Made by a program: the position numbers and the translations under genes. From positions 1 to 23,708 of the forward strand of contig JBDHDE010000044.1 in assembly GCA_039591655.1 (NCBI GenBank): 23,708 nucleotides of DNA, written 5' to 3'. Shown piece by piece: positions 14,662 to 23,708 of this stretch. Source of the stretch: Gemmatimonadota bacterium. Lineage in GTDB: Bacteria > Gemmatimonadota > Gemmatimonadetes > Gemmatimonadales > GWC2-71-9. Under the pieces are notes generated by a model. It saw only the letters and a list, made by a program, of their open reading frames with translations, searched no databases and was not told the origin of the DNA. The first letter of the stretch is position 1. Each line of letters opens with the position of its first letter.

Positions 14662-15753
14662 CTACTCCTCGCCCTGGTATTCTACCCAGTCGGCGATGAA
14701 GATGTTCGTTTCTCCCCGCACACTTCCATAACGATTCGACGCGAACACGAGTTTCGTTCCGTCCGGCGAGAACATCGGAAAACCGTCGAAGTCCCCGTGC
14801 GTGGTCACGCGGGCCAGTCCCGTCCCGTCGAGGTTGACAATGTAGAGGTCGAAGTCCCGCGCCGGCCGAGCCGTGTCCGCGTGATTCGACGAGAAGATGA
14901 TCCGGCGCCCGTCGGGGTGGAAGAACGGCGCGAAGTTGGCCTTGCCCAGTTGCGTCACCCGCCGCTGGTCGGAGCCGTCGGCGTTCATCACCCAGATCTC
15001 CATGCGGCTGGGACGCACCAGATTCTGGGCCAGCAGCCGTCGGTAATCCGCCAGCTCCTGCGGCGTCTCCGGGTGCCACGAACGGTACACGATCATGCTC
15101 CCGTCGGGCGAAAAGAACGGGCCTCCGTCATAGCCCGGTGTGTCCGTGAGCCGCCGGACGTCGGAGCCGTCCACATTCATCGTGTAGATGTCGAGGTCGC
15201 CGTCTCCGGTCGAAGTGAACACGATCTTCTGCCCGTCCGGTGAGAGCGTGGCTTCCCCGTCGTATCCCGGGGTGCCGAACAGGCGCTCGAGCTCGCTCCC
15301 GTCCGGTCGGGACGTGTAGATGTCGAAGTCGTACAGGCCCCACACATACCCGAGGCTGAAGTCGGGCTCCGGGGGGCAGCGCTCGTCGACGTGGAACGTG
15401 CTCGAGTAGAGGATCCGGGAGCCCCCGGAGTGGAAGTAGCCGCAGGTGGTGCGCCCGAGGCCGCTGGACACCATGCGCATCCCGCTACCGTCCACGTTCA
15501 TGACGTACTGCTGATCGCAGGTAGTGTCGGAGTCGGTGCGCTGGAAGACTAGTTGCGTGCCGTCCGGCGAGAAGTACGCCTCAGCGTTCTGCCCGCCGAA
15601 GGTGAGCTGCTTCAGGCCCGCGAAGAACGGCTCGTCGGCCTCGGCTTCCCGTGCCACCGCAGGCGAGTCCCCGGCGCCGCACGCGGGCAGCGTCACAATC
15701 GTCGCCAGGGCGAGGGCCCGGCCGAGCCGCCATGTGAGAGGATGGTTGTGCAT
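14662..15753 (-). CDS. TolB-like/PD40 beta-propeller lipoprotein
   Basis: ATG 15753, lipobox LPAC, repeats FSPDGTQLVF, LSPDGQKIVF, FSPDGSMIVY, FHPDGRRIIF, FSPDGTKLVF. Confidence 0.92.
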   Translation of the reverse strand: MHNHPLTWRLGRALALATIVTLPACGAGDSPAVAREAEADEPFFAGLKQLTFGGQNAEAYFSPDGTQLVFQRTDSDTTCDQQYVMNVDGSGMRMVSSGLGRTTCGYFHSGGSRILYSSTFHVDERCPPEPDFSLGYVWGLYDFDIYTSRPDGSELERLFGTPGYDGEATLSPDGQKIVFTSTGDGDLDIYTMNVDGSDVRRLTDTPGYDGGPFFSPDGSMIVYRSWHPETPQELADYRRLLAQNLVRPSRMEIWVMNADGSDQRRVTQLGKANFAPFFHPDGRRIIFSSNHADTARPARDFDLYIVNLDGTGLARVTTHGDFDGFPMFSPDGTKLVFASNRYGSVRGETNIFIADWVEYQGEE

Positions 15754-15899
15754 CGCGCAATTATAACCAGGCCGGGCACATTTGGCAGAAGCGCGGACCG
15801 CGCCCCGCAAGCTCGAACGCCCGGCGATCGGCCGGTGGCTCCCCACCAGCAGACCGCCGGGCGTCCATCGCACCGGCGCCACTCCGGACATCCCTTCCG

Positions 15900-17204
15900 C
15901 TAGAAGAAGAAGCCCAGCTCGAGCCGCGCAGCCGCCCCCCGGGCGTCAGTCACAAACCCGCCCACGGACCGTCCCGCCAGGGCGAAGAACATGTTCCGCG
16001 TCTCGATGCCGAGACCGGCGGAGAAGCCCACCTCCTGCCGCCCGCCGAGGATCAGCCCCACCCTCAGCGGCATGACACGCAACAGCCGCCAGGTGGTGCC
16101 CAGCTCCACTTCCAGCGGGTAGTCCAGAACCTGACCGCTGGTAGCGAGCCTGGCGCTCATGTCCAGCTGCAGGATCCGATTGGCCCAGGCAGAGGCCGAG
16201 AACCGCACTATAGTCGGGAGGTCCACCACGATGGTGTCGTTGGGGTCCACCACCGTCAGGTCGCGGAACTGGACTCCGTCCGTGGCCGGATCTGAGTCGA
16301 GTGAGTCCAGCACTTCCTTGACCGAGGTGGTCGTGACCTGGTAAGACCACGAGCGCCGCTCCACGCCATCCACTGTGACGTTCCCCACGTTCGCCACCAT
16401 CGCCTCGAGGGCGAGGCCCGACGTGGGCCACTCCACCCGGAGGAGGAAGTCACCCAGCAAGTCCTTGCCCAACGAGGCCTCCAGCGCCACGTCGGGCGTC
16501 TCGAAAGTCTCCACGCCCACCGTCGCCGCCACACTGTCACCGGTCACCACCACCCGGCTATCGATGGTGGTGTTGGCGGCGTAGTAGAAGATGGGCTTGA
16601 CCAGCCGGGCACCGGCGCCGAAGCTCACCACCGCGCCGTCGGGGCTCCCGATGGGCCCGAACCGGGCCACCGCGTGGAGACCGAGCTCCTGGGTGGAGAT
16701 CGCCACAGCCCGGGTGTCGCCCAACTGGAAATCCTGCCGGGCGGCGTTCCCGTCGCGCAGGAGGGCCACAGCAGCCTCATCCACAGTGGAGACCCCGAAT
16801 CCTCTCCCCTGGAGGGACAGGCCGACGCTCAAGTGGCGGCCCAAGGGGCCGCCCAAATAGACACCGCCCTCCAGCTCAGCATCGACCTGCAGACCCTGGC
16901 CGGCGGGCACCAGGTTCAGCGCGTCCATGACATCACCCACCAGGAGCGAGTCTTGGTCGGCGAGGTAGATCAGGGCCCGGGCGTCGTTGAACGTCACCGT
17001 GTTGTTGCCGGCGATCCCGCCACCCGAGATCACGAGACCCCAGTGCGGGAACATGACGTGACGGAACGGGTCCACCCGAAGCTGCGGGGTGCGGCGGTAC
17101 GCCTCCGGCACCTTGGATGCCTGGGATCCCTCCGGCACCGCCTGGGCGGGGAGGTCCGCGGCCGCTAAGCAGGCCGCCGCCGCAACCAGTATGGCGCGCC
17201 TCAT
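15900..17204 (-). CDS. Outer-membrane beta-barrel protein of unknown function
   Basis: Signal peptide MRRAILVAAAACLAAADLPA; amphipathic strands (PLRVGLILGG, FSAGLGIE, FFALAG); C-terminal ARLELGFFF beta-signal. Confidence 0.8.
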   Translation of the reverse strand: MRRAILVAAAACLAAADLPAQAVPEGSQASKVPEAYRRTPQLRVDPFRHVMFPHWGLVISGGGIAGNNTVTFNDARALIYLADQDSLLVGDVMDALNLVPAGQGLQVDAELEGGVYLGGPLGRHLSVGLSLQGRGFGVSTVDEAAVALLRDGNAARQDFQLGDTRAVAISTQELGLHAVARFGPIGSPDGAVVSFGAGARLVKPIFYYAANTTIDSRVVVTGDSVAATVGVETFETPDVALEASLGKDLLGDFLLRVEWPTSGLALEAMVANVGNVTVDGVERRSWSYQVTTTSVKEVLDSLDSDPATDGVQFRDLTVVDPNDTIVVDLPTIVRFSASAWANRILQLDMSARLATSGQVLDYPLEVELGTTWRLLRVMPLRVGLILGGRQEVGFSAGLGIETRNMFFALAGRSVGGFVTDARGAAARLELGFFF

Positions 17205-18487
17205 GGTCCACCTCCCGTCCGCACGTAGAAGGTCGACTGCACCACAACGATGATGCGATCCGTGGCCCTGAGCGCGCCCCGGCCCCCGTTGGGCGGGGTG
17301 AGCCGGATGCGAACGCCGGCCGTAAAGAACTCGCCGAGGAACGGCCGCACTTCGTCGCCCGTGAGGTGCGCCCTGGCGCTATCCAGGGAGGCCGTGAGGA
17401 CCCGGCCGCTTCCGTCCACCGTAGCAGGGATGACACTTAGGGTGTCCAGCGGCACACGGCTCGCGGGCGGCTCCGCGAACACGTCGGGCACCGAGCCTTC
17501 CACGACCTCTATGGCCGCCTCCACGCCGAAGGGCGTGGCATTGATGACCGCCAGCGCTACCACTGCCGAGTCGATGCGGGAGGCGAGGTCGTCCACGGTC
17601 GCCGTGTCCAAGGCGAGCCCCTCCCGCGTGGTGTTGCGGTCGAAGCTCACGCCGGCGGGGGCGATCGTGAAGTCGAGACCGATCAGCAGCTCTATGCTCA
17701 CCGTGAGCTGGTCGGTGCTCGACACCGTGCCGACATTCCCGTCCCCCACGAGGGCGGTGCCGGTGCCAACGATGGCTGCCCGGGTGCTGTCCAGCAGCAG
17801 ATCCACCAGCCGGTCCACCAGGGCGCTCGCCGCCACGGTGTCTACCACCGGCCCAGAGTCTGCAGCGGCTATGAACAGCGTGTCGCCCGGAGCCGGGACG
17901 TCCACCAGGATCGGGGCGCCGCCCCCGTCAGTTTCATAGTCCAGCAGACCGCCTACGCGGCGGGGCTGCCCGGCGGCATCGAGTTGCACCACGCCGAGCT
18001 GGAAGTCGGCCACCGCGATGGGCGCGTCGGCAGAATCGTTGGACACGGTAAGGGCCATCAGCGCGGCGTTGATGGCGGCGTCCCGCGCTGCCTCCTCGAA
18101 GTCGCCGAGGTTCAGGCCGGCTGCCGAGAACTCCTGGAACTCCTCGATGGGGAAGTTGAGCACCGCCGGATCCAGCGCACCGGTGAACGTGCCTCCGGGA
18201 CACGCCACGATGGCGCAAACGGAGGCCCCTGCTGCCACCACAATGTCCTGCGGGCTCGCCACGACGGCGAGAATGCCGTCCAGGATCGTGGTGGTGGGGA
18301 CCGTGAGCCAGTTGCCGAACAGAGAGTCGACCGAGAAGGTGTCCACTGCGATCGGCAACGTGAGCTCGACTGTCCGGTCGGCGCCCCGGCTGAGTTGATC
18401 CCTCGCCGCTGTTACGCTGGCGGGCTCGCAGCCCACAAGGGCCACACCGAGGGATAGCAGGCAGGTGACAGGTACGACGTTGCGCAC
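17201..18487 (-). CDS. Beta-rich acidic lipoprotein of unknown function
   Basis: GTG start, lipobox LVGC, Val/Thr/Asp-rich beta pattern; ATGA overlap with the barrel gene. Confidence 0.8.
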   Translation of the reverse strand: MRNVVPVTCLLSLGVALVGCEPASVTAARDQLSRGADRTVELTLPIAVDTFSVDSLFGNWLTVPTTTILDGILAVVASPQDIVVAAGASVCAIVACPGGTFTGALDPAVLNFPIEEFQEFSAAGLNLGDFEEAARDAAINAALMALTVSNDSADAPIAVADFQLGVVQLDAAGQPRRVGGLLDYETDGGGAPILVDVPAPGDTLFIAAADSGPVVDTVAASALVDRLVDLLLDSTRAAIVGTGTALVGDGNVGTVSSTDQLTVSIELLIGLDFTIAPAGVSFDRNTTREGLALDTATVDDLASRIDSAVVALAVINATPFGVEAAIEVVEGSVPDVFAEPPASRVPLDTLSVIPATVDGSGRVLTASLDSARAHLTGDEVRPFLGEFFTAGVRIRLTPPNGGRGALRATDRIIVVVQSTFYVRTGGGP

Positions 18488-18720
18488 GGCTTAGACATTC
18501 CTATCGCAAGATACGCCAATGTTTTACAGCCCCAGGTTCCAAACAAGTACCTACATCACATGGGGGGCCGTGATCTGGGGCACATAGGGGGGTCGCGGGA
18601 GACCGAGGATGGCGGCGCCGGGGTCACCGCAGCGGGTGGCGTCAGGAGCGATGCGGCGCCGACCCTTCACCCTGCCGACGCCGCAATGGCTTGAGGAGAT
18701 TGAGGTTACGAGGCCGGGAC

Positions 18721-20349
<1,629 letters not shown>

Positions 20350-20513
20350 CCTCTCATGCTCCTTCCACCCGATTACACTGAGATTCTCTCGTTGGGCTGG
20401 GATTCAGCGCCTGTAAGATGCACGGGCGGGCCCGATGATTCCACGCCCGGCGGCCGGGCGCGCGTCACTTGGAGCGCCCCCCCGGCCCCGCTCTCAGAAG
20501 CCCCGGAGCGCCG

Positions 20514-23500
20514 TCATGCGGTCGGCGGCGGCGGATCGCTGTCGAGGAGATCTCGCACCCGCAGCAGCAGCTCGTCGATGTCCCAGGGCTTCTGGACGAA
20601 TGGCCACCTGGGATCGATGGACTCGGTGTCGCGTACGTCCCGGACCGTGTAGCCGCTGGTGAACAGGAACCGCACTTGCTGGCCCCGGCGTCGCAGCTCC
20701 TCGTACAGCCCCCGCCCACCGAGCCGTGGCATCACGACGTCGGATATAACCAGGTCGATGCCGTCTCCGTGCTGGGTGAACACATCGAGGGCATCGAGGC
20801 CGTCGTGAGCCAGCAGCACGCTGTACCCGGCTTTCTCCAGCAGGCGCTTGGCGGCCCGGCGGATGGCCGCCTCGTCCTCCACCAGGAGAACAGTCTCGGT
20901 CCCCGGAGCCGTCTCCACCTCCACTGCCTCGTCGCCGCCGCGCGGCTCGGTCTCCGCCAGCGGGAAGTAGAGATCGACCGTCGTCCCCTCGGCCTCCCGG
21001 CTGTTGACGTCGATGTAGCCTGCCTGCTGCTTCACGAGCCCGTAGATCATCGCCATGCCGAGGCCGGTCCCCTGGCCCGTCGGCTTCGTGGTGAAGAACG
21101 GGTCGTAGATGCGCTCCTTGGTCTCCTCGTCCATCCCCTGTCCCGTGTCGCTCACCGACACCAGTATGTACTCCCCCGGTGGCGCCCCCCACCCGAGGCG
21201 CGGGGCGCGCACTCCGTCGGCGCGGACGCGGGTGATCTCGATGCGCAACACCCCGCCCTCCGGCATCGCGTCCCGGGCGTTGGTGGCCAGGTTGAAGAGG
21301 ATCTGCTCGAGGGCGCCCTCGTCCGCCGAGACTATCGACTCGGCCGCCCGAGGCAGGAAGCGCACGTCGATGCTCTCCGGGAGAATACGGCGCAGCGTCG
21401 GCAGCAGGTTCGCGATCACCCCGGAGATCTTCACGGGTCTGAGCACCAGCATGCCCCGCCGGCTGTAGCCCAGGAGCTTGCGGACCATGTCGCTCCCCCG
21501 CTGCGCCGCCCGGCGCAGGTCGGTCAGATCGCTCCCCATGTCCGCCTGGTCCGGATGCAGCCCCTGCTCGATCACGTCGGCGTTCGCCAGAATCACGGTG
21601 AGCAGGTTGTTGAAGTCGTGGGCGATCCCCCCGGTGAGCTGACCGATTGCCTCCATCTTCTGGGCCTGGCGCAGCTGCTCCTCCAGTGCCCGTCGCTCGG
21701 TCACGTCCTCTGCAACCATGTCGAAGGCTTCGATTTCCCCACCCGCGCCCCGCACAGGCTTGCCACTGAGCCGCACCAGGACCCGCGAGCCGTCCCTGCG
21801 CTTCCACTCGACCTCCACACCGTCGACACGTTCCTCTTCCACGTAGAGCGCGATCAGACGCTCCCGCAGCGTGGAGTCGGCGTACACGTCGGCAGCCATG
21901 TCGACAGCCAGCAGCTCGTCTTCCGACTCGTAGCCCAGCAACCGCACCATTGCCGGGTTGACCGACACGAAGCGCCCATCCCGTGTGGATCGGTAGATGC
22001 CGTAGGCAGCGTGCTCGACCAGCTCCCGGTTGCTGGCCTCGGAGTCCTGCAGGGCCTCCAGCGTCCGTTCCCGCTCCAGCTCCGCCGCCGCCCTGGCGGC
22101 GAAGATCTCGAGGGTAGCGCGGGCCAGGTACTCGTCTGTGAGGGGCTCGGTGTCCATCACGGCCATCACGCCGAGGGGCGCTGCGGTGCTGTCAAACAGC
22201 GGCGTGCCCAGATAGCTCTCTGCCTCCAGCCGCGCGAGCAGTTGGTCTTGCGGAAAGCGCTCACGCACCCCGCTGGGGTAGCTGCAGATCTGGTGACCGA
22301 ATACGGTGGCGCAGGGAGTGCCCTCCAGGGCGTACTCGAAGTTCTCCAGGATCTCGCCACCGTCCGCGACGGCCAGCGTGACTACCGTGTCCGGCTTCCC
22401 GCTCGCAGCCTTGGAGACCACTGCGTACCGCAAACCCAGGACCTGAGTGAGCAGGACGACCATCGAGTGGAAGAACTCCGCGCCCGTGGCGGCCGAGACG
22501 CCCTCGGTGATCGTACGCAGCACCTCCTCGATGCGGCGTCGCTCCGTCTTGTCCCGGAAGATCCCCACGATGGCACCGACCTCGGGGTCGTCCAGCAGGT
22601 TCGTGCCCACCGCCTCAAGCCAGCGATACTCGCCGTCCGCGTGCCGGCCCCGCACCTCCACCATGGCCGATTGCCCGGGCGCGCTGAGAATCTCCTGGAA
22701 GGCCAACCCCACCTTCAGCATGTCGTCCGGGTGGACGAAGTCGAACATCCACTTGCCGACGAACTCGTGGGGACCGTGGCCCAGGGCGCGGCGCACAGAC
22801 GGGCTCATGAACTGGACCACACCGTCGCGGTTCACCAGCGCGAACACGTCCCAGGAGTTCTCCACCAGCGCCCGGAAGCGCTGCTCGCTGGCCCGGAGGG
22901 CCGCCTCCGTCTCCTTACGCTCCGTCACGTCACGGGCATTGATGATGATGGCGCCAACCCCGGAATCGGCCAGCAGATTGGTACCCGCCACCTCGAAGTG
23001 GCACCACACTCCGTTCTGGTGCCGGATGCGGCACTCGATCAGGGGCGCCACGCCCGGTTTGTCGATGCGGCTCTCCAGGAAGGCGCGCATCCCCGCCTGA
23101 TCTTCCGGGTGAATCAGCTCGAACACATCGCGGCCGGTCTCCGTCTCGGGATCGCGGCCCAGGGTGCGGCGGACGGATGGGCTCACATAGAGGATCGTTC
23201 CCCGGGCGTCGATCACGGTCACCACGTCCAGCGCGTTCTCGACGAGGGAGCTCAGGCGCCGGTCGTGCCGCCACGCGTGCGCGGTCGCCTGTCCCGCCGC
23301 CAGAAAGCGGCGCAGCGTGTGGGAGAAGCCAACCAGGAGCAGAAGGGCCAGGAACGCGACCGTGAGCTCGGAGCCGACGCTGGGGGGCGCCGCGGCCCCG
23401 ACATGCACGCGGAACAGGACCACGCCCCGCCACACCGCGGTGACTGCGACGACGCCCGCTACCAGGGCCCACGGCACTAGGCGGCCGGTCCTTTGTGCCA

Positions 23501-23567
23501 GCCAGATGCCGAGGCCCGCCGTGGCGAGCAGGAGGACGAGCGAGGCCGTCAGGAGGAGCTGTAGCAT
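20514..23567 (-). CDS. Hybrid sensor kinase/response regulator (TM-PAS-PAS-GAF-PAS-HisKA-HATPase-REC)
   Basis: IHPEDQ and VHPDDM PAS motifs, GAF (YALEGTPCATV...SYLGTPL), GGIAHDFNNLL, DPFFTTK...GTGLGM, LLVEDE...SDVVMP. Start is ATG 23567 or TTG 23585. Confidence 0.95.
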   Translation of the reverse strand: MLQLLLTASLVLLLATAGLGIWLAQRTGRLVPWALVAGVVAVTAVWRGVVLFRVHVGAAAPPSVGSELTVAFLALLLLVGFSHTLRRFLAAGQATAHAWRHDRRLSSLVENALDVVTVIDARGTILYVSPSVRRTLGRDPETETGRDVFELIHPEDQAGMRAFLESRIDKPGVAPLIECRIRHQNGVWCHFEVAGTNLLADSGVGAIIINARDVTERKETEAALRASEQRFRALVENSWDVFALVNRDGVVQFMSPSVRRALGHGPHEFVGKWMFDFVHPDDMLKVGLAFQEILSAPGQSAMVEVRGRHADGEYRWLEAVGTNLLDDPEVGAIVGIFRDKTERRRIEEVLRTITEGVSAATGAEFFHSMVVLLTQVLGLRYAVVSKAASGKPDTVVTLAVADGGEILENFEYALEGTPCATVFGHQICSYPSGVRERFPQDQLLARLEAESYLGTPLFDSTAAPLGVMAVMDTEPLTDEYLARATLEIFAARAAAELERERTLEALQDSEASNRELVEHAAYGIYRSTRDGRFVSVNPAMVRLLGYESEDELLAVDMAADVYADSTLRERLIALYVEEERVDGVEVEWKRRDGSRVLVRLSGKPVRGAGGEIEAFDMVAEDVTERRALEEQLRQAQKMEAIGQLTGGIAHDFNNLLTVILANADVIEQGLHPDQADMGSDLTDLRRAAQRGSDMVRKLLGYSRRGMLVLRPVKISGVIANLLPTLRRILPESIDVRFLPRAAESIVSADEGALEQILFNLATNARDAMPEGGVLRIEITRVRADGVRAPRLGWGAPPGEYILVSVSDTGQGMDEETKERIYDPFFTTKPTGQGTGLGMAMIYGLVKQQAGYIDVNSREAEGTTVDLYFPLAETEPRGGDEAVEVETAPGTETVLLVEDEAAIRRAAKRLLEKAGYSVLLAHDGLDALDVFTQHGDGIDLVISDVVMPRLGGRGLYEELRRRGQQVRFLFTSGYTVRDVRDTESIDPRWPFVQKPWDIDELLLRVRDLLDSDPPPPTA

Positions 23568-23708
23568 GGGCTCAAACGGTCCCAAAGCTAAGGCCCGCGC
23601 GAGCCCCGGTCACTCCCTGCTCAGAAGTGGATGTGCGCCTCCAGTGAGATCACGTCCCGTCGGGGGCCTTGAGCGCTGCGGGATGCACCGTTAGTGTGTT
23701 CGCTTCAC

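Noticed and set aside
18562..18600. G-run cluster (possible G4) between the lipoprotein gene and pruA
   Set aside because: One loop exceeds canonical length, and such runs are common at this GC content.
20469..23480. Long plus-strand ORFs (1003 aa here; also 18691-20652, 2768-4318, 1760-2755, 14263-15243, 36-962)
   Set aside because: These are antisense shadows of well-supported genes, expected at high GC, with no recognisable motifs.

Overview
High-GC bacterial chromosomal window with no mobile elements, CRISPR arrays, tRNA or rRNA detected. Gene content and style suggest a Gemmatimonadota-like organism (inference). From left to right it holds: a left-truncated PD40/TolB-like lipoprotein and an NtrB/NtrC-type two-component pair, each unit preceded by a sigma54 -24/-12 site; csp-rpsU; an ~860-bp gene-free interval; four hypothetical proteins; a LivJ-type binding lipoprotein coupled to an MCP; a protein with an H1-like tail; two small divergent ORFs; an Lrp/AsnC regulator; lepB; a second TolB-like lipoprotein; a beta-barrel/lipoprotein pair; P5C dehydrogenase; and a PAS-GAF hybrid kinase. 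The best novel candidate lies in the gene-free interval: a ~430-nt, densely structured minus-strand RNA (~5726->5298). It has its own sigma70-like promoter, a U8 terminator, G.U wobbles that mostly favour the minus strand, a closed 3' domain with a possible pseudoknot, and an upstream cluster of DnaA-box-like sites. I could not match it by eye to RNase P, tmRNA, SRP, 6S, riboswitches or introns.
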